Part shown: positions 30,661 through 40,070 of the stretch, in pieces
Position numbering within the stretch: the stretch's first letter is position 1
Layout: every line of letters begins with the position of its first letter
NCBI GenBank assembly: GCA_032128875.1
Contig: JAVLKG010000007.1
Span: 32,001-96,000, forward strand
Direction: 5' to 3'
Length of the DNA stretch: 64,000 nt
DNA from: Candidatus Melainabacteria bacterium 17Bon1m
Lineage (GTDB): Bacteria > Cyanobacteriota > Vampirovibrionia > Obscuribacterales > Obscuribacteraceae
The notes under the pieces: generated by a model
The model's database searches: none
What the model saw: only the letters and a program-made list of their open reading frames with translations
What the model was told of the DNA's origin: nothing
Program-made: the position numbers and the translations under genes

Positions 30661-31974
30661 TCAATTGATCAAATACAGATTGCCGTCTTGCGAACCAACG
30701 AAGACTCCCGAAGATGAAATTGATGGCGAGCTGACGATCGGTCTTTGTGTTTTGTACTTCCATTTGATTCCGCCGTTGCGGCAATCAATCGCGTAAAGGT
30801 TCGCGTCCGAACTTCCGACATACAACATATTACCGGCGATTGCGGGCGACGATGAAAGCAGAGGCACTGGACTATTCAATTGGGTTTTCCAAAGCATTTT
30901 TCCAGTTTGCGCATCGAGACAATACATTTTCAAATCGTCATTGCCGACAAAAACTTTTCCATTTGCACCTACGGGCGAAACGCTGTAACTCTCAGCCCCT
31001 GGCACTTTCCATTTCAACTTGCCCGTTGTTAGATCGACGCAGTAGAAATTTTTGTCCCAGCCGCCAGTGTAAACATGCCCATCCATTATTAGTGGAGACG
31101 AGAAGATTTTGCTCCCTGTCTTGAATTGCCACTCGAGCGTTCCATCATTCATGCTCAATTTATAGATGTATCCTCCGTGCGAAGTGACGATGATCGAATC
31201 ACCGGTCATTCCAGGTGACGACGTAATGCGCCCCTCGCCTTGGAATTTCCACTTCACCGCACCGCTGTGAATATCGACAGCATATACATTTCCATCCCAG
31301 CCACCGACATACGCGACTCCACTAAACACTGAAGGAGAAGATGAGATGCGGTCTTGCGTGTCCATCGTCCACATGATCTTTCCGGTCTTCGCGTTGACGC
31401 CATACAATTTTTTGTCTTCGCATCCAACAACGACCACATCGTCATCGACTGCCGGTGAGGATTTCACCTTGTCGCCCAGTTTTGCTCTCCAGACCAATCG
31501 GCCGGTATTTTCAGCAAGCGCATAAAGGTAGCCATCATCGGAGCCCACATAAACAGCGCCCTTATAGACTGCTGCGGAAGTGTCGACAGCACCCTCGGCA
31601 GGAAAACTCCAACGCAAATTTCCTTTTGGCACAAAAGACATGAGCGAACCAAAGCCGGTATGGTTCGGATTTTGCAGATACATCTGCCAACCGTTTTTAA
31701 AATGCTCTTGCAGATTAACTGACGACTTAGTCACTTGGGCCTTATGAACATCGGCCGGAATAGGACTTGCGGGTTTTGGCTCTGCACCTGCCACAGGGGC
31801 GGCCTTCTTAACTTGTGTGATCGAAGTTTTTGCAGGATCGTTTGAAGGCTTTGCAGACTGGGTAGTCGCAGTCGTTTTATCTTGCGATTGCGCGAATGCA
31901 GCACAGGGACTGAATCCGCAAACTATCGTCACAATTGAAGCGGTGATGATGCGATCAAAATCACAAGTTGTCAT
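30661..31974 (-). CDS. Secreted PQQ-like beta-propeller repeat protein (BamB-like)
   Basis: Signal peptide; eight SSP...VYVGSxDGxLYAxD..TG..W repeats. Confidence 0.92.
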   Translation of the reverse strand: MTTCDFDRIITASIVTIVCGFSPCAAFAQSQDKTTATTQSAKPSNDPAKTSITQVKKAAPVAGAEPKPASPIPADVHKAQVTKSSVNLQEHFKNGWQMYLQNPNHTGFGSLMSFVPKGNLRWSFPAEGAVDTSAAVYKGAVYVGSDDGYLYALAENTGRLVWRAKLGDKVKSSPAVDDDVVVVGCEDKKLYGVNAKTGKIMWTMDTQDRISSSPSVFSGVAYVGGWDGNVYAVDIHSGAVKWKFQGEGRITSSPGMTGDSIIVTSHGGYIYKLSMNDGTLEWQFKTGSKIFSSPLIMDGHVYTGGWDKNFYCVDLTTGKLKWKVPGAESYSVSPVGANGKVFVGNDDLKMYCLDAQTGKMLWKTQLNSPVPLLSSSPAIAGNMLYVGSSDANLYAIDCRNGGIKWKYKTQRPIVSSPSISSSGVFVGSQDGNLYLIN

Positions 31975-32406
31975 GAGAATTTTCCTTCTTCGCGCAGGCA
32001 GATTCGTAGCTGTTTTAGTATCGATTTAGATGTGCATTATAGATCTTCGAGAAATATCTCGCGCTGAATTTTCACCCAAATTCAAAGACTATCAAACCAC
32101 ATGAAAACCAAAGCCCATCATGCTTTCCCAGCGTCGACCAAAAGTGATCCTAATGAACATCTGATGGCTATGTCGTTGCAGGAAATGCAAAATTCTTGTT
32201 GGAGCAAAACAAACCGCCTCATCATAATTTCCGCGAAACGCAAAACTGATGGCACTCTACGATCACCTAATCATCATTGTTTGAACGTGAGGTCGAAAAA
32301 GAATTTTTCGAATTTGCAGGCCAAATCTATTGTGTATTAGATTATGCGGTGTTAGTATTCCGTCTTGTGGGTTGGGATGAGTATTTCCACTAAGGAGGAA
32401 ATCCGA

Positions 32407-32814
32407 ATGAACCGAGCTGAGCTCGTTGAAAATGTAGCTAAGACCACAGGTCAAGCTAAGTCTGAAGTGACCAGAACTCTTTCTGCCTTCATTCACACAA
32501 TCACTGGCGCTCTTTCCAAAGGCGACAAGGTAACCCTCGTCGGCTTCGGAACTTTCGAACGTCGCAATCGTAAAGCACGTACCGGCCGTAACCCGAGAAC
32601 TCTTGCTCCGTTGAAAATCGCAGCAGCACGCGTTCCCGCTTTCCGCGCAGGTAAGGAACTCAAGGACATCGTAAATGGCCGCGCTAAGCAACCAACTTTG
32701 GTTCTTGCTAAGCCGAAAGCTGCTAAGCCTGTTAAGAAGGCAGCTGCTAAGCCAGCTAAGAAAGCCGCTAAGCCAGCCAAAAAGGCAGCAAAAAAGGGCG
32801 GTAAGAGAAGATAA
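32407..32814 (+). CDS. hup: HU family DNA-binding protein with Lys/Ala/Pro-rich tail
   Basis: MNRAELV, VTLVGFGTF, ARTGRNPRT, PAFRAGKELK; AAGGAGG RBS. Confidence 0.96.
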   Translation: MNRAELVENVAKTTGQAKSEVTRTLSAFIHTITGALSKGDKVTLVGFGTFERRNRKARTGRNPRTLAPLKIAAARVPAFRAGKELKDIVNGRAKQPTLVLAKPKAAKPVKKAAAKPAKKAAKPAKKAAKKGGKRR

Positions 32815-32882
32815 GCCTTCTCGATCTGAACCCTACGTATTAAATGGATTAGGTAAGGTAAGGATCATCTCAACCACTTCGA

Positions 32883-32912
32883 AGGGCGCAGGACTTAGGT
32901 TCTGCGCTTTTT
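32883..32912 (+). terminator. Intrinsic terminator after HU
   Basis: GGCGCAGGAC-TTAG-GTTCTGCGCT followed by a T-run. Confidence 0.75.
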
Positions 32913-33282
32913 CATTTGTGGGAAACTTTGGGAAACGTGGAGAAAATTGATTGTGCTTTTCTACTGTGCGAAAAATTTTTCGCGCCACCCAACTACCCTC
33001 AAATCGGCATATGGCCTTTTACTCCGAAAAATCTGAAATTTCGGAGTAGCAAATTCCCGAAGTTCAAACGCACCAAAGGTTTCGAGCGATTTGAACATTC
33101 AAACGCAAAATTGTCCGCAACGCGCCGCCATTACACGTTTTACAGACTTGCCCACTCCGAAAAATTCCGAGTTTTCGGAGTGGATGGAGAGTGCTGAATT
33201 GAGACAGCTATTTTCTATGAGCTGAATTACAATCGATCTCTAACAGAATTTGCCGAACTCCCTTTTGCAGGATTTGAACTCA

Positions 33283-34158
33283 ATGAGTGATGGTAATCAG
33301 GCGCAGTCTAACTTCGACAATATCTGCATTGCGATGCCTTGCAGCGTGGACTGGAACGAAATGAAAGGCGACAACAAAGCTCGTCTCTGTGGCGGCTGCA
33401 ATAAAAATGTCTACAACCTCTCTGAAATGAGCAGAAAGGAAGTGGAGGAAGTGCTTTCGGGACCAACACTTCCCTGTATTCAGATTACTCGAACCGATGA
33501 AGGCAAAATCGTCACGAAAGAACAACCGAATTCGATTCGATACTTTTGGTCCTATGGAAAAACTGCCGTAAGCGCAATCCTGTCGTTGTTTGCGACCCTG
33601 GCGCCACAATGGGCATCAGCGGCTGACGAAAAAAACAAACTAATGCTTCGCGGAAAACCAGCGGTGATAACTCCACAGATCAAACAACAAACAGCGCAAC
33701 CCGTCACTCCTCTACCACCCGGTGTTCCAATCTATGTGCCGCGGAATCAAGGCACTACAGCCTTTTGGCCATCTTCAATAACAGGTTTGGGTTTCACCAG
33801 TGATGATCTGCCTCTGACTATTTCCGAGAAATTTTCTCCAGAACAATTCAAAGCTGTTGATAGACAAACGCTCTCTCTAAAATCTGTGCCGACTCAACTT
33901 GATAAAGAAGCATGGGAGTTGTTTTTCAAAGCTAGAAAACTTCATCTGAAGGCATCGATGCATGCCGTCAATAAGGAGCTTGAAAAAGCACTTCGCGATT
34001 GTCAAGAATCACACAAAATCTATCAGCTTGCTCTTGAGCAGATCGCGAGAGGAAGGCATGACGCTGCTTTTGCCGCCTTCGTCTATCAAGAACAAAACAA
34101 AACCACACAGATAGAATTACAGTGTCGGCAGTGTTTGAATCTTCCGCAGGCAAAGTAG
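33283..34158 (+). CDS. Hypothetical protein with N-terminal Cys-rich domain and one TM
   Basis: PCSVDWNEMKGDNKARLCGGCNKNVYNLSEMS...LPC, followed by a hydrophobic segment. Confidence 0.75.
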   Translation: MSDGNQAQSNFDNICIAMPCSVDWNEMKGDNKARLCGGCNKNVYNLSEMSRKEVEEVLSGPTLPCIQITRTDEGKIVTKEQPNSIRYFWSYGKTAVSAILSLFATLAPQWASAADEKNKLMLRGKPAVITPQIKQQTAQPVTPLPPGVPIYVPRNQGTTAFWPSSITGLGFTSDDLPLTISEKFSPEQFKAVDRQTLSLKSVPTQLDKEAWELFFKARKLHLKASMHAVNKELEKALRDCQESHKIYQLALEQIARGRHDAAFAAFVYQEQNKTTQIELQCRQCLNLPQAK

Positions 34159-34167
34159 GAGCGAAAG

Positions 34168-34214
34168 GACAGAGAAACGATGCAGCGACAGAGAAACGAT
34201 GCGACGACAGAGAA
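34168..34214. repeat. 19-bp tandem repeat, about 2.5 copies
   Basis: GACAGAGAAACGATGC at 34168 and 34187; partial copy at 34206. Confidence 0.8.
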
Positions 34215-34304
34215 GCGCGCTGAACGGAACGATACTTTTTGATCGACTATTCCGATCATTTAGGAACTTCGACAGGATGACCTTGTCGGACAGGCATCTA
34301 TATT

Positions 34305-35411
34305 TTGGCGGAGGACACATCTGTGTTTCAAAACAAACTCGTATTGCTGGGAATCGGCGCAACTGTCTTAAATGCTGCAACAACAGTGAATCGCATGTTG
34401 CGGCGCATTGATTTCAAAGACAAAGTGGTCGTAATCACAGGTGGAAGCAGGGGACTTGGCTTAGTGCTTGCTCGCAGACTGGCGAAAGAAAACGCCAAGC
34501 TGGTTCTGCTCGCGCGCGACAACGAAGAATTAGAACTAGCAAAACAGCAATTGGAAGACAAAGACGCGATGGTGCGGACTTTTCAGTGTGACGTGACGGT
34601 TCAAAACGAAATAGAAGAGACGCTTGCGAAAGTCATCGAAGAAATGGGTGCTATTGACATCTTAATCAATAACGCGGGTGTTATTCAGGTCGGACCACAA
34701 GAGTCCATGACCACCGATGACTACCGAAATGCGCTTGACAGTCACTTCTGGGCGCCACTGTACGCGGCTTTGGCAGTAATTCCACACATGAAAGAAAGGA
34801 AGTTCGGTCGCATAGTGAACATTGCGTCAATCGGCGGAAAGATAAGCGTGCCGCATCTTTTGCCATACAACGCGAGCAAATTCGCTTTAGCGGGGCTTTC
34901 GGAAGGTCTCCGGTATGAACTGATGCCGGACAATGTTTTCGTCACTACAGTGTGCCCAGGCTTGATGCGTACCGGAAGTCATGTGAACGCCAAGTTCAAA
35001 GGGCAACACAAACTAGAATATGCTCTTTTCAGCACGATGAACTCCCTGCCATTTTTGTCGGCAAATGCAGAGCGCGCTGCCGCAGAAATTATCGACGCGT
35101 GCAGATTTGGTGATGCCGAATTGATCATCACGATGCCTGCAAAGCTCGCGACCAAATTCAAAGCACTTTTCCCAGAAACCACAGCCGAAGCGCTGGGAGC
35201 CATCAGTCGTTTCCTTCCGAAGAAAGGAGAAAATGGAAACGAGCTTAAGAGCGGGAAGGAAAGTCAAAGCGAACTTTCGCCCAATGCCTTTACATATCTG
35301 GCTGACAAAGCGGTTCTCAAAAACAATGAGGATAAAGTAGCTGCGAAAGAAGCCGCAACATCAGGTAGTAATGGGAGCGGAAACGGTGATGGAAACGAGC
35401 ATCACGAGTAA
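34305..35411 (+). CDS. SDR family oxidoreductase
   Basis: TGGSRGLG, NNAG, S..., YNASK, VCPG. Confidence 0.95.
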   Translation: MAEDTSVFQNKLVLLGIGATVLNAATTVNRMLRRIDFKDKVVVITGGSRGLGLVLARRLAKENAKLVLLARDNEELELAKQQLEDKDAMVRTFQCDVTVQNEIEETLAKVIEEMGAIDILINNAGVIQVGPQESMTTDDYRNALDSHFWAPLYAALAVIPHMKERKFGRIVNIASIGGKISVPHLLPYNASKFALAGLSEGLRYELMPDNVFVTTVCPGLMRTGSHVNAKFKGQHKLEYALFSTMNSLPFLSANAERAAAEIIDACRFGDAELIITMPAKLATKFKALFPETTAEALGAISRFLPKKGENGNELKSGKESQSELSPNAFTYLADKAVLKNNEDKVAAKEAATSGSNGSGNGDGNEHHE

Positions 35412-35428
35412 CTTGTAGAAAGCGGGCC

Positions 35429-35571
35429 GGAGCGCCGCCATCTTGGCGGCTTCGAATGCGTCCATAAATGCAGTTATAAATGCCGGCTGGAAGCCGGCGC
35501 TCTCATTGAAGAACGGTCGACGCATGGCGTCCTACAGTAAAAAACCGGGCGAGGCATGTCCTCGCCCCTAT
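35429..35571. repeat. Cluster of REP-like palindromes between convergent genes
   Basis: GGAGCGCCGCCATCTTGGCGGC, GCCGGCTGGAAGCCGGCGCTC, minus-strand GTAGGACGCCATGCGTCGACCG and TAGGGGCGAGGACATGCCTCGCCC. Confidence 0.7.
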
Positions 35572-37412
35572 TTTGATTCGAGACTGAACCAAAAAACAGA
35601 ACCGCCGCCGTCTGCATCGCGAACGCCTATTGAGCCGCCGTGCTGCAAGACAATGGCTTTGCAGATTGCCAGGCCAAGACCAAAGCCGAGTTTTGAATCG
35701 CGCTTTTTGTCGGCTTGTTTGTAGCGTTCGAAAATGGAATTCTTCTTTGAAGTGGGAACACCTGGTCCTTGGTCGGCAACTTCAATAATTACGCGCCCAT
35801 CTTCAGTCTTGTTTGAGAGTCGGATCTCCCCACCTTCAGGTGAATATTTCACCGCATTCGATACCAAGTTCATAAGCACTTCTTGAATATAACCGCGGTC
35901 AGCAAACACTGACTGGCTCTCGACTTTGTTCACAATATCGAGCTTTTTGCTTTCCAACTGAGGTGCAATTATTGAAGCGACCTCTTTAGTCAGGTCAGAA
36001 ATGTCAATCTTTTCTTGACTTAGTTCGATATCGCTTGTCGCTATTTGCTCGATTTTCAACACACGATTCACCAGCTCCAGAAGCACGGACGCGCTCTTCA
36101 ATGCAACTTCCAAGCGATCCCGTGTTTCTTTCGCCAAAGCACCATGGGCTCCCTTCAGCTCCAACTGCAAGACACCGCTGATAGTACCAAGCGGAGTGCG
36201 CATGTCGTGACTTATCATAGACAGGAAATCCGACCTTGCTTGTTTCAGACGATAAGATTCTGTTTCGTCAGCAACAACAGTAAGGTACTTTTTCTCCGCT
36301 TCCGCCCCAAAAGAAACAGTTGAAACCTTGACTGGAACTAATTCCTTCTCTGGTGTCAAAGCGAAAAGATCCATTGGAGTGCTTCCAGTCTCGCGCGCAA
36401 GCACAGTAATGAAATTGGTTCGATTTTCAGAATTGAGCTGAAAGAGTTTTGAAAGTTTTTGCTCGTGAAAATAGTTCAAATCAATGTTGAAAAAATCACG
36501 CGCAAACTTATTGATAGATTCTACTCTGCCTTCAGAATCAGTGATGAACAGTGCCGATGGAAGTGCATCGATTACTGTCTGCAAACTGTCGCGCGACTTC
36601 GCGACCTGTTGCATCATTTCCAATTGCGCCTGCCGACCGGCCTCAAGATTTTCAGCCATTGAGCGAAAGCTTTCGTCCAACTCGCCCAGTTCGTCTTCGG
36701 ATTTGGCAGTAGGCAGAAGCGGCTGATGATCAGCCAATCGCTTGTAATTTTCTTGAATAGAGCGAACGCGTCGCACGATTGTTTGCGTAACGTACACGGC
36801 AAAAATGACAGAGATTAGCGAGTTGATTAACAACGCTAAATCGAACACGTTTCGCAACTTGGAACGTGACGCATTCTCAGCAATGACGCCGGTTTCCACA
36901 GCGACCTTCGCCTTGCGATCGATCTCTCGCAATGTTTCAACCATAGCAAGCATGGCGCGTTTCACACGTTGGTTTCGCTCCAGGTCTTCAAAAAACGAAC
37001 CAAACTGATTTTCCTTATCAGGCCTAAAGTCAGACTCCTTCAGAGAATGCAGCAGCTCAGCGTAAAGAAAATGGATCTTCGATGCACCAGCAGGATTGTT
37101 CAATTTATTGGTCAGCAAGGACTCCAGTTCTTCAACATCTTTCGCCATGCGCTCCATGTAGAGCTCATGCTCCTGCTTATCCTTTTCGCTGTGAAACATC
37201 TTGTACTGCATGAGCCCCTGCAGCGCGAATACTTCATTGGTGATGATACTGTTCGCGGTACTGGCTTCAGCCCGTCTGGCGTCTAGCTCTTCGACTTGGC
37301 GCTCAAGTGTTTTCACTTGGCTTTGTGTTTCGGAATACAGGTAAACGTTGACTGCAAGCGGCACAAGAGCAGCGAGCCAGAGCTTATGCGAGAGGGTCAG
37401 TTTTGCAGCCAT
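35568..37412 (-). CDS. Membrane sensor histidine kinase (2 TM, HAMP, PAS, HisKA, HATPase)
   Basis: DELGEL (HAMP), SHDMRTPL, NLVSNAVKYS, DQGPG, GFGLGL. Confidence 0.95.
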   Translation of the reverse strand: MAAKLTLSHKLWLAALVPLAVNVYLYSETQSQVKTLERQVEELDARRAEASTANSIITNEVFALQGLMQYKMFHSEKDKQEHELYMERMAKDVEELESLLTNKLNNPAGASKIHFLYAELLHSLKESDFRPDKENQFGSFFEDLERNQRVKRAMLAMVETLREIDRKAKVAVETGVIAENASRSKLRNVFDLALLINSLISVIFAVYVTQTIVRRVRSIQENYKRLADHQPLLPTAKSEDELGELDESFRSMAENLEAGRQAQLEMMQQVAKSRDSLQTVIDALPSALFITDSEGRVESINKFARDFFNIDLNYFHEQKLSKLFQLNSENRTNFITVLARETGSTPMDLFALTPEKELVPVKVSTVSFGAEAEKKYLTVVADETESYRLKQARSDFLSMISHDMRTPLGTISGVLQLELKGAHGALAKETRDRLEVALKSASVLLELVNRVLKIEQIATSDIELSQEKIDISDLTKEVASIIAPQLESKKLDIVNKVESQSVFADRGYIQEVLMNLVSNAVKYSPEGGEIRLSNKTEDGRVIIEVADQGPGVPTSKKNSIFERYKQADKKRDSKLGFGLGLAICKAIVLQHGGSIGVRDADGGGSVFWFSLESK

Positions 37413-37494
37413 TTGTCCCTTTCGTACAAATTCGGATCGGCATTGGATCGGCTTTAGTGCAGGAAAAGTGCCTAAAGCTACGATAACAGAGTTC

Positions 37495-37677
37495 AAAACC
37501 GGGCGACGCTATGGGTCGCCCCTACGAAAACGGAAAACCGGGGCGCATGCAATGCGCCCCCACGAAAGACAAAAACCGGGGCGCATGCAATGCGCCCCCA
37601 CGAAAGACAAAAACCGGGGCGCATGCAATGCGCCCCCACGAAAAACGGAAAACCAGGGCGCATGCAACGCGCCCACG
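37495..37677 (-). repeat. Five tandem REP-like palindromic units (38-39 bp period)
   Basis: Unit AAAACCGGGGCGCATGCAATGCGCCCCCACGAAAGACA and variants start at 37495, 37534, 37572, 37610 and 37649. The minus strand reads GT(A/G)GGGGCG..CGCCC. Confidence 0.88.
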
Positions 37678-38185
37678 CCCCAGCTGAACAGATCATCACT
37701 GCGCCAACCGTATATGCGCTAGCGATGCTAATTTTAGGCGGTTTCTAAGATGTGACTAAAGCCCGATTGTCAAGCGGCTCGATAGCACCACAATGTCGCC
37801 AAATTTCGGGTTTCCATTACCCCAAATAAAGCTCATTTAAGTACTTCTATTGGCTAAGTGTTCAGTGATTACAAAAACTTATATGCCTGTAATCGCACGG
37901 CCTGTTCATTTACGACGTGCGCGACATTAGAGTCTATGGCACCACCCTCTTTACTTCACACGGAAACAACCAAATAACTTCTCTATCGTTCAACTTCTAG
38001 ACATCAACGTCGCCCGGACTTAAGGCCGTAGTTAACGCTCTTCTGAGCGAAGACAACGACTTTCAATCCGGGCTTTTAGATCTCCTGCGGACCACGCCCC
38101 GTTTCCACCTCCGACCTAGCGCAACAGGCGACAGGCTCAGGTGGGTAGCGACGTTGTTCCTGCATCGGAGAAAGGAGACCTGAAT

Positions 38186-38863
38186 ATGCTCAGTAACCTG
38201 TTCACTGATATCATGGCCAACCCCATCGTGCAGCAGATGCACACGTACATGCCGCATGTTTTGCTGGCAATTGCGTTGGGTGCTGGTATCGGACTCGAGC
38301 GCCGTCATCACAACAAGATCGCCGGTGTTCGTACCCATTTGCTCGTCTGCGTGAGCTCTTGCATCATCACGCTGATGGGCGCACTGATCGTCAAAGCGGC
38401 AGGCATCGGAGACGCCACCCGAATTGCCGGACAAATTCTGCCTGCTCTGGGCTTCATCGGAATGGGCGTGATCAGTCGCAAAGGCTGGACGACTTCCGGT
38501 GTCACCACGGCGGCAACGATTCTCTTCACTGCCGGCGTCGGCATCATGCTGGGTTACGGATACTTTTCTCCGGCCGTCGTCGTGTCCATTGTGACCATGA
38601 CGATGGTTCAGCTCAGCTACTGGATTTTCCCCAACACCGACAGCTGGCATGGGTTGCGGGTCGTTTGTCCGGAGGAGCACTTCCATGAGGTCCGCAAACT
38701 CTTCGGCGAGCGCGCCAAGCTGGAGAGTCTCTCCAAGAACAACGGCAATTGTTCTTTCCTCCTGCTGGCCGAGCTGAGCACCGATGAAATCGATGACCTC
38801 ATCGCGCAGCAGGTGCACAACCCTCACATCATCACGATCGAGCTCGCTGAGGCGAAGGAATAA
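38186..38863 (+). CDS. MgtC/SapB family membrane protein
   Basis: IGLERR..K.AGVRTH.LV, D.TRIAGQI..GFIG.GVI, GVTTAATI; AAAGGAG RBS. Confidence 0.92.
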   Translation: MLSNLFTDIMANPIVQQMHTYMPHVLLAIALGAGIGLERRHHNKIAGVRTHLLVCVSSCIITLMGALIVKAAGIGDATRIAGQILPALGFIGMGVISRKGWTTSGVTTAATILFTAGVGIMLGYGYFSPAVVVSIVTMTMVQLSYWIFPNTDSWHGLRVVCPEEHFHEVRKLFGERAKLESLSKNNGNCSFLLLAELSTDEIDDLIAQQVHNPHIITIELAEAKE

Positions 38864-38960
38864 CCTCGCTCTTCTGTAGTCGAAACAGTGCCCGGACGTC
38901 CTGCGGCTGAGCTTTTGCTCCGTCGCCGGCGTCCGCAGGCACGCAACTTACGAGCAACAA

Positions 38961-39572
38961 ATGAGCCTGAAATCCAAACTGATCGCAGCATTGCTTGCAG
39001 CACTGCTGGTATTCTCAGGTGGCGTCTACACTGGGTATCGCATCCAGCCGGCGCCCATGCAGGGGCAACTCGAGACGGTTTTCACGCCGTACGAGGATGG
39101 TCTGCAAGCCTACCTGCGCTTCCTCGATCGCGCGGAAAAATCCGTGCATATCGCCGTCTACACCTTCACCGACCCGCGCATCTACGACAAGCTCCTGGAG
39201 CTGCATGCGCGTGGGGTGAAGGACATCCACATCTTGATCGACCTCTCGCAAACGCGCGGCTGGTCGGGAGATGACATCGAGAAAGGCATCGGTCGCCTGC
39301 GAGCAGCGGGTATCGAAGTCGTGATCGGGACTTCCGAAAAGAGCAACCAGATCATGCACTCGAAGTACACCATCGTCGATGGTGTCTGGGTCGAAGACGG
39401 CAGCTGGAACTACACCAAGCTCGCCAACAAGCAAGCCAATTACCTGAACTTCAGCTACGACTCAAGGCGTGGCGCGTTGTTCATGGCCAACTGGCAGCGC
39501 ATGTATGTCTTCATGAAAGCGCAGCAAGACGCGCGTGATGCGGCTGAGAAAACCGCACCCCGCAAGCGCTGA
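38961..39572 (+). CDS. Single-HKD phospholipase D/Nuc-family protein with N-terminal anchor
   Basis: IAVYTFT, MHSKYTIVDG, GSWNYT; hydrophobic N-terminus. Confidence 0.9.
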   Translation: MSLKSKLIAALLAALLVFSGGVYTGYRIQPAPMQGQLETVFTPYEDGLQAYLRFLDRAEKSVHIAVYTFTDPRIYDKLLELHARGVKDIHILIDLSQTRGWSGDDIEKGIGRLRAAGIEVVIGTSEKSNQIMHSKYTIVDGVWVEDGSWNYTKLANKQANYLNFSYDSRRGALFMANWQRMYVFMKAQQDARDAAEKTAPRKR

Positions 39573-39605
39573 AGCGTATAAGCACTGTTAAAACAGGAGT
39601 TTGTG

Positions 39606-39836
39606 ATGAAACAAAACAACAAACGCGGTCGATTCGACTTCAAGGTCGGCGACCGTGTCGAGATCACGCGCAAGGACATTGCCTGGGGATCTCGCAAGAA
39701 ACAGCGCTACGGCTACGTCACTGGCATAGACGGCGCCTACCACTACGTGCGCCCGCTGTGGTGGAAGCAAGACGAAGTCTTCGAGCTGTACGCCGGAGAG
39801 ATTCGTCACGCGCCACTCAAGAAGAAGAAGGGCTAA
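39606..39836 (+). CDS. Small basic SH3/KOW-like barrel protein
   Basis: CAGGAG RBS; FKVGDRVEI...YGYVTGI. Confidence 0.65.
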   Translation: MKQNNKRGRFDFKVGDRVEITRKDIAWGSRKKQRYGYVTGIDGAYHYVRPLWWKQDEVFELYAGEIRHAPLKKKKG

Positions 39837-40070
39837 GCATCAGGGACGCGAGCGTTCGCGTTCTTTCCTCAAGCCGCGGCGCCAGCAAGTGCCCAGTGCG
39901 ACCGTCTTTGAGGTTCATGGCCTGTGTCTTTTACGCGCGCTTCGAGCGTGCGGGATACAGGCCGATTTTCATGACTCAGAGGGCGAGAAAGAAAAGAATC
40001 GCTCTCGCAGAGGAAACCACACCGCAGGAGATGGCACTCTTCACTGCGCGCCGGTTTCTGGAGTCTCTTC

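Noticed and set aside
37495-37677. Possible CRISPR array
   Set aside because: Linkers are only a few bases and are repeated rather than unique spacers, there are no cas genes, and the units match the REP family.
38961-39572. PLD protein as an anti-phage defence nuclease
   Set aside because: It has an N-terminal membrane/export segment, has no helicase or methylase partner, and its neighbours are lipid enzymes.
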